A DNA stretch of 64,000 bases from an uncultured bacterium (GCA_938036155.1 CALHPA010000004.1:5376-69375), one strand, 5' to 3'; positions 39,337-48,147 are shown, counted from the stretch's first letter. Program-made: numbers and translations. Notes: generated by a model not told the origin, from the sequence alone.

Positions 39337-39439
39337 AGATAATAAAGAATCGGCTCATCAAAAAAGTGGGCCGATTTTTTGAAAAAATATAAAAAAGTCT
39401 TGAAATTATTAAAAAACTCGTGTATAATGAGATTATTAT

Positions 39440-39514
39440 TCCGGCATAGCTCAGTGGTAGAGCGGTTGGCTGTTAACCAATAGGTCGCTGGTTCGAGCCC
39501 AGCTGCCGGAGCCA
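39440..39514 (+). tRNA. tRNA-Asn (GTT), CCA encoded
   Basis: Hand-folded cloverleaf: acceptor TCCGGCA/TGCCGGA, anticodon loop CTGTTAA, T-arm GCTGGTTCGAGCCCAGC. A TTGAAA-17-TATAAT promoter lies upstream. Confidence 0.9.
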
Positions 39515-39519
39515 AGAAA

Positions 39520-39546
39520 ATCTCCCGAAATCTCGGGGGTTTTTCT
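39520..39546 (+). terminator. Terminator after tRNA-Asn
   Basis: CTCCCGA-AATC-TCGGGGG followed by TTTTTCTTT. Confidence 0.7.
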
Positions 39547-39604
39547 TTATTTTAAGACTTTTTTAAGTAAAATATGTTAAAATTAAAATAGAAAAGAGGT
39601 AAAA

Positions 39605-40930
39605 ATGAAATTCGATAAAATTATAATTGGTTTTGGAAAAGCTGGGAAAACTTTGGCAGTTTTTGCGGCAAATAAGGGTGAAAAAGTTGCAATAATCGAG
39701 AAATCGCCAAAAATGTATGGTGGAACCTGCATTAATATTGCTTGTATTCCAACCAAAGTTTTAGCGGTTGCGGCGAGTGAAGATTTAACTTTCGAAGAAG
39801 CTATTGCGCGAAAAATTGATGTTGTACAGCGGCTAAATTCGAAAAATTATCATATGCTTGCGGATAACGATTTGATTACAGTTTTTGACGGCTTTGGTTC
39901 ATTTTTAGATGAAAATACGGTTTTAGTTGAATCAAATGGTGAAAAACTTGAGCTTTCGGCTGATAAGATTATTATTAATACTGGTGCAGAAAGTTTTATT
40001 CCTAAAATTTCAGGAATTGAAGAAGGTTTGAGTTGCTCAAAAATTTTAACCAGTACAGAGCTTCTTGATAATCAGGAAACGATTGATAATCTAGCAATTA
40101 TTGGTGGTGGGTTTATTGGCTTAGAGTTTGCTTCAACTTTTGCGAAGTTGGGTACAAAAGTAACAATTTTTGAACGAGGCGATAAAATTTTAGCTGATGA
40201 AGATGATTCAATGCAAGAAGCAATCTTTGATTTTTTAGTTTCGCAAGGTGTTAATTTTGAGTTTAACGCAAATGTTGAAGCTTTCGAAAATACTGAAAAT
40301 GGAATTTTGGTTCAAAATAATGGTAAGAAATTGGCTTTTGATAAGGTTTTAATTTCAATCGGGCGAAAGCCAGTGACTACAAAATTAAATCTTGAAAGAG
40401 TAGGAATTAAAACGCTTGAAAACGGTGGAATTTGGACTGATGAAAATCTCCAAACTTCGAATTCGAAAGTTTGGGCAGTTGGCGATGCACGTGGAAAGGA
40501 ACAATTTACCTATGCTTCCTTAGATGATTTTCGAATTTTGCGTTCACAATTTTATGGTGATGAAAAGTATTCTTTAAAAAATCGTGTTAATTTGCCAAAT
40601 TCAATTTTCTTACAGGTTCCATTTTCGAAAGTTGGATTAACTGAAAAACAAGCTTTGGAAGAAGGTTTTGAGATTAAAGTGAAGGAGATTCCAGCAGCAG
40701 CAGTACCAAAACTTCAGCTTAAATTTAAAACAACGGGGCTTTTACGGGCAATTATAGATTCAAAAACTAATAAAATTTTAGGCGCGGCTCTGTTTTGTTA
40801 TAATTCGCCAGAAGTGATAAATATCGTAAAAACTGCGATTGATGCTGGACTTGATTATACTGCTCTGCGAGATCAGATTTTTACACACCCAACTGTAGCT
40901 GAGAGCCTGAATGATTTGTTTAATCTTTAA
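39605..40930 (+). CDS. rclA: RclA/YkgC-like class I pyridine nucleotide-disulfide oxidoreductase
   Basis: IIIGFGKAGKTLAV..MYGGTCINIACIPTK (redox CxxxxC) and C-terminal LRDQIFTHPTVAESLNDLF. From memory it tracks E. coli RclA end to end, and both are 441 aa. Confidence 0.8.
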   Translation: MKFDKIIIGFGKAGKTLAVFAANKGEKVAIIEKSPKMYGGTCINIACIPTKVLAVAASEDLTFEEAIARKIDVVQRLNSKNYHMLADNDLITVFDGFGSFLDENTVLVESNGEKLELSADKIIINTGAESFIPKISGIEEGLSCSKILTSTELLDNQETIDNLAIIGGGFIGLEFASTFAKLGTKVTIFERGDKILADEDDSMQEAIFDFLVSQGVNFEFNANVEAFENTENGILVQNNGKKLAFDKVLISIGRKPVTTKLNLERVGIKTLENGGIWTDENLQTSNSKVWAVGDARGKEQFTYASLDDFRILRSQFYGDEKYSLKNRVNLPNSIFLQVPFSKVGLTEKQALEEGFEIKVKEIPAAAVPKLQLKFKTTGLLRAIIDSKTNKILGAALFCYNSPEVINIVKTAIDAGLDYTALRDQIFTHPTVAESLNDLFNL

Positions 40931-40996
40931 GTTTGCTTTATTTTCAAAAATTTGATATAATTTAAACAAAAGCGTAATAATTTTTAAAGGTGGGAA

Positions 40997-42895
40997 ATGA
41001 AACCGACGATTTTATCGATTGGAAATGCGACAAAAGATAACTTTTTAAACATTCAAAATCAAAAAATTTATAAAGATGAGCTTAATAATTTTCATTATGA
41101 TCTAACTTTTGATGATTCAACTTTAAATTATCAAAAACAGGCTGGTGTTTATGGTGGAACAATTTTAAGCGAAAAAATCTTCACAGCGGCGCATTTTAAA
41201 GCATTTTCGAGTGTAAATCCAAATGGGCTTTCGCATTTCGAATATGATGAAATTAACGATAATTTGATTGATCGTTTTGTGATTTCGCACAAGGGTAAAA
41301 GTTTTATTTTAACGAGTAATCCGCGCAACACAAAATGGGTTTCTCCCGCTTTTTCACCAGATTTAATTTATATTGCGGATGCGAATTTTTCACAAAATTA
41401 TTTGGCTGATTTTAAAAAATATCTTCACGAAAATCCAAAAATTGAGCTTGTTTTTAATGTTGCCGATTTGGGTCCTGAGCTTGCACATGAGTTTTTTGTT
41501 CGAGCGAATTTAGTTTTTGTAGATTTTCGAAAGCAAAATTTAAGTGATTTAATTGATTATTCAAGCTATGAAAATACTATAGATTCACTAATTAAAACTG
41601 GTGTGCGAGGTGTTGTTATTTTTGATGGTTCAAAAATAATTGCTGGAAATAAAGAGAAGATTGCTAGTATTGAAACTAATTTCGAATTAAATTCGTTTTA
41701 TCAGAATAATATTTTTCAAGCAGCTTTTGTTGCTGAAAATTTTTCAAGTTCTTCAAAATTAGAAGAAAATTTACAAGTTGCAGTTACGATTGCCAATAAA
41801 TCTGATTTTAATGATATTTTGAAGCCTTTTTATGCGCATCAAATTTTAAATCATAAAAATTGTGAGTTAATTGTTAATGTTTTAAGTGATACGCCAGATA
41901 TTGCAACACGATTGCATAAAACTGCTGCGAAATTAGTTGCGCGACCAAAAGGAATATTTGCTGCAGACGAATCTGGTGGAAATATTCATAAAAAATTTGA
42001 AAGTATCGGGATTAAAGATACTTTTGAAAATCGCCGAGCTTATCGTGAGATGTTTTTCAAAACGCCAGATATCGAGAATTATTTAAGTGGAATTATTCTT
42101 TTCGAAGAGACAACTGAACAAAATACTTCTGAAGATATCAATTTTGTTGAGTATTTGAAAAATCGCGGAATTTCTGTCGGAGTGAAGCTCGACGGTGGTT
42201 TGCAGCCTTTAACTGGATTTGAAGGCGAGACAATTTCATTAGGGCTTGATTCTTTGATTGAAAAACTTCATAAATATTCAAAAATGGGAATTGATTTTGC
42301 AAAATGGCGAGTTGCTTTCGAAATTAATGAGGAAAAAGGAATACCGAGCGAAGCGGCAATTGTTTCGAATCTGCGAGTTTTGGCGCAATACGCTAAAGCT
42401 TGCCAGAATTACGGAATAGTACCAATCGTTGAGCCAGAGGTGGTTTATTCCGGAAAACATAACATTAAACAGTGTCGAGAAGTTACAGAAAAGGTTCTTA
42501 AAAAACTCTTTGAAGAATTAAAGATATTTAAAGTTGATCTTAAGGGAATGATATTAAAAACAAATATGGTTCTTGCAGGTTCTGAAAATGAAATTCAATC
42601 TTCCTCAAGAGAGGTTGCACGAGAAACTATTTCTGTTTTTAAGAAAGTAGTTCCAAAAGAGTTGGCAGGGATTGTGTTCCTTTCTGGTGGGCAAACTGCA
42701 ACTCAAGCAACTGATAATCTTCAAGAAATAACCAATCTTGGGCCTTTTGATTGGGGGTTGACCTATAGTTATGCGCGAGCTTTACAGCTTCCAGCACTTC
42801 AAGCTTGGGCTGGAAAACTAGAAAATGTTCAGCAAGCTCAGTTACTCTTCTTGGAGCGAGTCACAGCAAATTCACACGCTCTGTATAAGAATTAA
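40997..42895 (+). CDS. Fusion protein: an N-terminal degenerate PfkB/ribokinase-like domain joined to a C-terminal class I fructose-bisphosphate aldolase
   Basis: The C-terminal half has class I FBA motifs (GIFAADESGGNI, ILKTNMV Schiff-base Lys, FLSGGQ). The N-terminal ~300 aa has PfkB-like features (ILSIGNATKDNFL, GVYGGT) but no GAGD anion-hole motif. Confidence 0.8.
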   Translation: MKPTILSIGNATKDNFLNIQNQKIYKDELNNFHYDLTFDDSTLNYQKQAGVYGGTILSEKIFTAAHFKAFSSVNPNGLSHFEYDEINDNLIDRFVISHKGKSFILTSNPRNTKWVSPAFSPDLIYIADANFSQNYLADFKKYLHENPKIELVFNVADLGPELAHEFFVRANLVFVDFRKQNLSDLIDYSSYENTIDSLIKTGVRGVVIFDGSKIIAGNKEKIASIETNFELNSFYQNNIFQAAFVAENFSSSSKLEENLQVAVTIANKSDFNDILKPFYAHQILNHKNCELIVNVLSDTPDIATRLHKTAAKLVARPKGIFAADESGGNIHKKFESIGIKDTFENRRAYREMFFKTPDIENYLSGIILFEETTEQNTSEDINFVEYLKNRGISVGVKLDGGLQPLTGFEGETISLGLDSLIEKLHKYSKMGIDFAKWRVAFEINEEKGIPSEAAIVSNLRVLAQYAKACQNYGIVPIVEPEVVYSGKHNIKQCREVTEKVLKKLFEELKIFKVDLKGMILKTNMVLAGSENEIQSSSREVARETISVFKKVVPKELAGIVFLSGGQTATQATDNLQEITNLGPFDWGLTYSYARALQLPALQAWAGKLENVQQAQLLFLERVTANSHALYKN

Positions 42896-42910
42896 CTATC
42901 ATAGAATATA

Positions 42911-42944
42911 AAAAACGCTCAAAATTTAGTTGTTGAGCGTTTTT
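42911..42944. terminator. Bidirectional terminator
   Basis: AAAAACGCTCAA / TTGAGCGTTTTT stem between convergent genes. Confidence 0.75.
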
Positions 42945-42955
42945 ATTTTAATGAT

Positions 42956-43828
42956 TTACTTCTTTTTTACGTAAATAGCATGAATTGCAATTGCAATTCC
43001 ACCGATTGGATAAAATATCTTAGCTGAGTCCCAATTATTTGTAATAAAGCTGTAGGTTAGATAAACTGCTGTAATCGAAAGCATTATTATTGCCGCAAAA
43101 AATCCTATTTTTGAATCTTTTTCTTCATCTTTATTTTCGATTTCATAAAAGTTATTAATTTTCGAAAAAATAGAATTTCCATAAGTTGATGCCGAGATTC
43201 CAATTCCTAATAGAGCCATGAATATAGTATTAGCTAAATTAATACCAAGATCAGAAAAATGATAAATTATTTGATGAGCTGCTATAGCCGTAAAAATTGT
43301 TGATACAAATGCCATGGTGCTGCTATTTTTAATATTTTTGGCTTGTCTGATTTCATTTTTTGAAAAAAAATTGTCGATTTTTATATTACAATCAAGTAGA
43401 TTTTCAGTTTCTGAATTATCAAAATTTTTAGCTAAAATTAGTAGGGGAACTGATATTGCTAAGGATAACATTAAAGTAATCCCTGTTAAAACATTAAAGC
43501 TTGCTGTTGATCCTGAGAAATATGCTGCCACTGCAAGGCCAGCAAAAAGAACAAACATACCAAGTGCACGAATTAATGCAATTTTTTGATATGATTTTTC
43601 GTACTCTTTTTTATTAAAATTGACTTTTTTGGTTGAAATTTCGCCAGTTAGCTCATCTAAACTAATTTCGAAAAGTTCGCTTAGAGCAATAAGTTTTTCA
43701 AGCTCGGGTGAAGATTTTCCACTTTCCCAAGCTGAAATTGATTGTCGCGAAACACCAATTTTATCGGCAAGTTGTTCTTGTGAGATATTTTTCTCGGCTC
43801 GTAATTTTTGTAAATTCTGACTAAACAT
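42956..43828 (-). CDS. Membrane-tethered XRE-family HTH regulator
   Basis: MFSQNLQKLRAEKNISQEQLADKIGVSRQSISAWESGKSSPELEKLIALSELFEISLDEL followed by about 6 TM segments. I chose ATG 43828, which follows AAAGGA. The ORF-track N-terminal extension looks non-coding. Confidence 0.8.
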   Translation of the reverse strand: MFSQNLQKLRAEKNISQEQLADKIGVSRQSISAWESGKSSPELEKLIALSELFEISLDELTGEISTKKVNFNKKEYEKSYQKIALIRALGMFVLFAGLAVAAYFSGSTASFNVLTGITLMLSLAISVPLLILAKNFDNSETENLLDCNIKIDNFFSKNEIRQAKNIKNSSTMAFVSTIFTAIAAHQIIYHFSDLGINLANTIFMALLGIGISASTYGNSIFSKINNFYEIENKDEEKDSKIGFFAAIIMLSITAVYLTYSFITNNWDSAKIFYPIGGIAIAIHAIYVKKK

Positions 43829-44052
43829 TTTTTGTCCTTTCATATTAATTATTATACAATAATTATATAAAAAATGCTCATTTGCGACTACCAAGTTTTC
43901 TTGAAAATCGCTAATTTTGTTGCCAATATTTTTAACAAAACAGATTGATTTTGTGTTAAATTTGCTTGATTTAGTCGATAATATTCTAATATATAATGAA
44001 TTTACTAAATTTATTTTTTGAAAAAATATTAAAGCCACCAAAATTAGGCGGC

Positions 44053-44172
44053 CTAAGTTGTGCGGGTGTTATTCTTTTTTATTTGTTCACAGGGTCTAAA
44101 AACTATATATTGACCAGTTGATAGCTTGACATAGATAGACTCCATATCTTTTCTTTTTTGAGTTTGTTCCAT
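44053..44172 (-). CDS. Candidate 39-aa small ORF (MEQTQKRKDMESIYVKLSTGQYIVFRPCEQIKKNNTRTT)
   Basis: AGAGGTG SD upstream and a hairpin (GGCCGCC..GGTGGCT) over its stop. No homology known to me. Confidence 0.2.
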   Translation of the reverse strand: MEQTQKRKDMESIYVKLSTGQYIVFRPCEQIKKNNTRTT

Positions 44173-44203
44173 ATTATACACCTCTTTCTAAAGTCCAAGG
44201 TTA

Positions 44204-44226
44204 TTCAAGATGGATTTTATCTTGAA
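44204..44226. promoter_or_regulatory. Perfect palindrome TTCAAGAT-N7-ATCTTGAA, a candidate operator
   Basis: Seen in the divergent region between the XRE regulator/small ORF and uvrC. There is no flanking T-run, so it is not a terminator. Confidence 0.3.
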
Positions 44227-44310
44227 TATATCTATATTCTGAGTATAGCACATTATTAATATAATAAAAATAGTTTTTATAAAAAACATAAAATGATATA
44301 ATAATAAAAG

Positions 44311-45870
44311 ATGAATAAACAACTTTCGAAAAAGCTGAAAAAACTGCCAAATTCCGCTGGTGTTTATTTTCATAAAAATTCGAAAGGCGAGATTATTTAT
44401 GTTGGAAAAGCGGCAAATTTAAAGAACCGCGTGCGGCAATATTTTCAAAATTCGCGTGGAAAAGATCCAAAAACTGAAGCTTTGGTAGCAGAAATTACGA
44501 TGACTGATTGGATTGAAGTTGAGACTGAAATTGATGCGCTTTTTTTGGAAAGCGAGATGATTAAGCGCTACAAGCCACAATACAACATACTTTTGCGGGA
44601 TGATAAATCACCAACTTATGTGCGAATTGGCTTTCGTGACAAAATTCCGCATGTCAGTTTTACTAAAAATCCACTCGATGATTTAGCGGAATATTTTGGC
44701 CCATTTTACAATTCTAATGCGGTAAAAAAATCGGTGCGGCTACTTCGAAAAGTATTTCCGTATTATTTGAGCGAAAAAATGCCAGCTAAAAATAGTTTAG
44801 ATTTTCAGATTGGCTTAACTCCTGGGCTAGAAAATTTTGAACCAAATTCTCCCGAATATCAACAAAAAATAACAGAATACAAACGTAATTTACGCCAGCT
44901 TTCGCGATATCTAAAAGGTGAACGAAAAATGCTCCAGCTTGAAATTGAGAAAGAAATGCTTGATTTTGCGAATGAACAGAATTTTGAAATGGCCGCAAAA
45001 AAACGTAACCAACTTCGAGACTTGAGTGAGCTTGGCAAGCAAGTTATTTTTTCGAATGAGGAATTTTTGGATATTTCGAAAGATCACGCGCTTTCGAAAT
45101 TAGCGGAAATTCTCTCACTTGAAAATCCACCTCGGCGAATTGAAGCGTTTGATATTTCACATACTGGTGGAGAAAATAATGTGGCGTCGATGGTGGTGTT
45201 TACGAATGGGCTGAGTGACAAGCGAGAATATCGAAAATTTAAAATGACCACTGGCGGAAATGATGACTTTCTCCATATGAAAGAGGTTTTGATACGAAGA
45301 TTTTCGAAGCGAAATGAAAAATGGGGCCGGCCTGATTTAGTTTTAATTGATGGTGGTAAGGGCCAATTGAGCGCAGCGCGGGAAGTTTTACCGAGCGATA
45401 TTTTGGCAATCGGGATTGCGAAACGTGATGAAGAAATTATTTTTGACACACAAAATCCAAACCTCAAAACTGGCTGGCTGGATAAAAATTTCGAAAAAAT
45501 TGGTAGAGATTTTTTGGTTCAGCGAGAGGGAGATTTTTTGACACTAAATTTGCATCTTTCGCAAAGCCATTCGCACGGCCACGCTCGCAACTTGCTGGGT
45601 GAAAGTAACTCGGAATTTAGCGATTTAACTAAACTTTTTCAGCGGATTCGTGATGAAGCCCACCGATTCGCGATCAATTATCATTCGAATCTAAGGGCTA
45701 AAAAACAAATTCAGAACGCACTAGAAAAAATTGATGGTGTAGGAGCAAAAACGCGGGCAAAGTTGTTGCGGGAATTTGGCTCATTAAAAAAGATTCGCGA
45801 AGCTCCAGTGCAAGAGCTTTCTAAAATTGTTGGCGAAAAATTAGCGCAAAAAATTAAGCAAAATTTGTAA
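44311..45870 (+). CDS. uvrC: Excinuclease ABC subunit C
   Basis: GIY-YIG (GVYFHKNSKGEIIYVGKAANLKNRV), a UVR domain, the endonuclease V-like core (IEAFDISHTGG) and a C-terminal HhH pair. 519 aa, which is compact. Confidence 0.93.
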   Translation: MNKQLSKKLKKLPNSAGVYFHKNSKGEIIYVGKAANLKNRVRQYFQNSRGKDPKTEALVAEITMTDWIEVETEIDALFLESEMIKRYKPQYNILLRDDKSPTYVRIGFRDKIPHVSFTKNPLDDLAEYFGPFYNSNAVKKSVRLLRKVFPYYLSEKMPAKNSLDFQIGLTPGLENFEPNSPEYQQKITEYKRNLRQLSRYLKGERKMLQLEIEKEMLDFANEQNFEMAAKKRNQLRDLSELGKQVIFSNEEFLDISKDHALSKLAEILSLENPPRRIEAFDISHTGGENNVASMVVFTNGLSDKREYRKFKMTTGGNDDFLHMKEVLIRRFSKRNEKWGRPDLVLIDGGKGQLSAAREVLPSDILAIGIAKRDEEIIFDTQNPNLKTGWLDKNFEKIGRDFLVQREGDFLTLNLHLSQSHSHGHARNLLGESNSEFSDLTKLFQRIRDEAHRFAINYHSNLRAKKQIQNALEKIDGVGAKTRAKLLREFGSLKKIREAPVQELSKIVGEKLAQKIKQNL

Positions 45871-45906
45871 TTTTCTTAAAATTTTGTTAAAATATACATA
45901 AGTATT

Positions 45907-46590
45907 ATGGTGGGTAAAGGCAGAATTAAAAAGCGTCTTAAACAGATACAATCGCTTAAAAATTGGCAATTGTTTATTTTACTCATACTTATTATTTTCA
46001 TAGATTTAACAGCTCTACGTTTGAATAATGTAGGAATGGTTCGCAGAAGAGAAGCTGTTGAAACGGCCGATAAGTCTGGCGACATTGAAGCTACTAGAAA
46101 AGCAACGATTGAGCTAGCTAATTATGTTTATGCTCATATGAATAGTGGTGGAATTTTTTATAGCGATGAAACTCACTGGTTTAAGATGAACCAAGAGGTG
46201 AAAGTTGTGTGGGCGAATATTTATGAGAGTGATATGAGAAAAGCTGAACAGATTGCTCGCGAAACTGAGAGTAATAATCCTAATGGAAATATTTTTAAAA
46301 AAGCAGAAGAAGCTTGCCGGCCAAGGTTTCGTGGTGGCTATTCTTTAGCGTATCAGCAGTGTATTCTAGATGAGCAAAATAAATATCCTGCAAGCAGTCA
46401 GGGTCAAGTTAAGGCTAAATATCCAAATATCTCAGAATATACTTATAGCTTTACTGCGCCAATTTGGTCGCCAGATTTAGCCGGGTGGACAACTTTAGTG
46501 GCAATAATTTTAATTTTTATGATTGTAGTAAAAATAATAACAACTACAATTCTTAAGCTTATTTTGAAAAAATATATACCAAAAGTGTAA
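45907..46590 (+). CDS. Hypothetical protein with N- and C-terminal TM anchors
   Basis: 227-aa ORF. No family recognised. Confidence 0.45.
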   Translation: MVGKGRIKKRLKQIQSLKNWQLFILLILIIFIDLTALRLNNVGMVRRREAVETADKSGDIEATRKATIELANYVYAHMNSGGIFYSDETHWFKMNQEVKVVWANIYESDMRKAEQIARETESNNPNGNIFKKAEEACRPRFRGGYSLAYQQCILDEQNKYPASSQGQVKAKYPNISEYTYSFTAPIWSPDLAGWTTLVAIILIFMIVVKIITTTILKLILKKYIPKV

Positions 46591-46659
46591 AAAAGCTTGA
46601 CACCACTTTAAAACTGATATACAATGAAAATATATAACAGTAGTAATGAAAGGATAGAA

Positions 46660-46866
46660 ATGGCTTATAGTCAAACAAATTCAAAAGGAATTACATATTA
46701 TTTGCACAAAAGTGAAGTAACTTTGCGTGGCGGAAAACCACAAACAATTTACTTCTTTGCTAAAAAAGAAAAGAATGATAAGGGTGAGCCTTGCGATCTT
46801 CCAGAAGACCGAATTGTAAAAGAAAATCCACGAAACGGCTTCTTGACAGTTTCACGCAAGAAATAA
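46660..46866 (+). CDS. Small basic hypothetical protein (68 aa)
   Basis: A TTGACA-17-TACAAT promoter at 46597-46625 overlaps the ORF-track ATG (46624). ATG 46660 has a GAAAGGA SD. A terminator follows at about 46880-46912. Confidence 0.5.
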   Translation: MAYSQTNSKGITYYLHKSEVTLRGGKPQTIYFFAKKEKNDKGEPCDLPEDRIVKENPRNGFLTVSRKK

Positions 46867-46952
46867 TTAATTTGCAGAAAACCGCTTCTTATTCAGATGA
46901 GGCGGTTTTTTGTTGAGTTTAAAACAAAAATAAAACGCCAATTAGGCGATTT

Positions 46953-47028
46953 TGGTAGGGGATGCTGGGTTCGAACCAGCGACCAATCGTGTATGAGACG
47001 ACTGCTCTAACCGCTGAGCTAATCCCCC
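46953..47028 (-). tRNA. tRNA with CAT anticodon, probably tRNA-Ile2 (lysidine-modified), CCA encoded
   Basis: Hand fold: GGGGGAT..anticodon loop CTCATAC..variable TGGTC, T-stem GCTGG/CCAGC. The anticodon, variable and T regions resemble E. coli tRNA-Ile2 as I recall it. Distinguishing Met from Ile2 is inference. Confidence 0.8.
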
Positions 47029-47068
47029 GACTATTTAATTATATCAGAAAATGTGATAAAATTAAATA

Positions 47069-47509
47069 GTGAAATTAAACTTAAACGATTTAAAAACTAA
47101 AACTCGCCGTGCGAAATATTATTTTTCGAACGATATTTTGACTTTGAGTAATATTATTATGGCCAGTGTGATTTTTATTTCGATAATTTGGGTTTGGGGA
47201 AATATTGCGGCGATGGAGAAAAATTATTCAATTCAAAAAAAGATCGAACTCAAACAGCGCCAAGCTTTAATTGATGAAATTAGCTATAAAACACTCGAAT
47301 ATGAACAAAAATATCTGAAAAGCTCTGAATACCAAGAGCTTGCCGTGCGCGAAAAACTTGGTCTTGCGATGCCAGGTGAACATGTTTTGATTCTTTCGAA
47401 ATACCCAGAAGAACAAAAGAAAGAGCAAGCTGAAATTTCGAAACCTTCAAACTTTACGCAATGGATTAACTTTATTTTTGGTGGAAATGCCCAAAAATCA
47501 ATAAAATAG
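47069..47509 (+). CDS. FtsB/DivIC-like septum formation initiator
   Basis: One TM segment, a coiled coil and the motif REKLGLAMPGEHV typical of the family. GTG start 6 nt after an extended -10 box (TGATAAAAT, 47054-47062). Confidence 0.6.
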   Translation: MKLNLNDLKTKTRRAKYYFSNDILTLSNIIMASVIFISIIWVWGNIAAMEKNYSIQKKIELKQRQALIDEISYKTLEYEQKYLKSSEYQELAVREKLGLAMPGEHVLILSKYPEEQKKEQAEISKPSNFTQWINFIFGGNAQKSIK

Positions 47510-47519
47510 TTAAAATCCC

Positions 47520-47548
47520 TTGACTTTTAAATATCCGCGTGATAAAAT
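47520..47548 (+). promoter_or_regulatory. Promoter of initiator tRNA
   Basis: TTGACT, a 17-nt spacer, then TAAAAT. It ends 13 nt before the mature tRNA 5' end. Confidence 0.6.
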
Positions 47549-47561
47549 ATAAAACAGATAT

Positions 47562-47639
47562 CGCGGGATGGAGCAGTCTGGTCAGCTCGCTTGGCTCATA
47601 ACCAAGAGGTCGTAGGTTCAAATCCTACTCCCGCAACCA
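47562..47639 (+). tRNA. Initiator tRNA-fMet (CAT), CCA encoded
   Basis: CGCGGGATGGAGCAG.. with the C1xA72 mismatch and a strong resemblance to the E. coli tRNA-fMet acceptor and T arm. The anticodon stem is CTTGG/CCAAG rather than 3 G-C pairs. Confidence 0.85.
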
Positions 47640-47749
47640 AGAAATTATTTCGAAAAATAACTTTTCAAAAAATGAAAGGTTATTTTTATTTATGAAAAAT
47701 AAAATTTAAAAATCGTTACAGAATTTGCAACGATTTTTTATATAATTTC

Positions 47750-47826
47750 TGGTAGTAGCGGCAGGGATTGAACCTGCGACCTTAGGCTTATGAGTCCTAC
47801 GCTCTAACCAACTGAGCTACGCTACC
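47750..47826 (-). tRNA. tRNA with CAT anticodon, probably elongator tRNA-Met, CCA encoded
   Basis: Hand fold: GGTAGCG TA GCTCAGTTGGTTAGAGC..CTCATAA..GCAGGTTCAATCCCTGC CGCTACT A CCA. Confidence 0.8.
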
Positions 47827-47900
47827 ACAATGTTTATATTTTAGCATATTGAAAAACTTTTTTCAAGAGAAAAGCCCGCAAAATTTGCGAGCTTTATTTT

Positions 47901-48014
47901 TTAGACTAAATCATCAAACTCATCAAAGCGTGAAATTCTTGCATCAATAAAGTTTCGAAGTTCTTTTTTAGTTCGGTGTCTATCCCATGAGGCCATTCGT
48001 TCATGTTGTGCCAT
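47901..48014 (-). CDS. Candidate 37-aa small ORF (MAQHERMASWDRHRTKKELRNFIDARISRFDEFDDLV)
   Basis: AAGGAAA SD-like sequence upstream of the ATG and a hairpin at 47872-47895 after the stop. Too short for the ORF track. Confidence 0.3.
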   Translation of the reverse strand: MAQHERMASWDRHRTKKELRNFIDARISRFDEFDDLV

Positions 48015-48147
48015 TTATATTTCCTTTTTATTTTTTAGTTGATATTATGTTACATATAATAACACAAAAAAATATAAAAGTCAATACTTTTTTGAAAAAA
48101 ACTTAAACATTTTCTTGATTTTCATTCATGCTTATATTATAATTTAA

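Noticed and set aside
39210-39515. 101-aa minus-strand ORF (MAPAAGLEPATYWLTANRSTTELC..)
   Set aside because: It is the antisense translation of tRNA-Asn plus the terminator and promoter region. The pattern is typical of tRNA shadow ORFs.
44188-44373. 61-aa minus-strand ORF overlapping the uvrC start
   Set aside because: It spans the uvrC promoter and 5' end, its product is a hydrophobic AT-rich artefact, and it has no SD.
47680-47700. Five-codon ORF ATGAAAAATAAAATTTAA after an AAAGG box, between tRNA genes
   Set aside because: It is too short and too low in complexity to support. It is most likely part of the tRNA flanking or terminator region.
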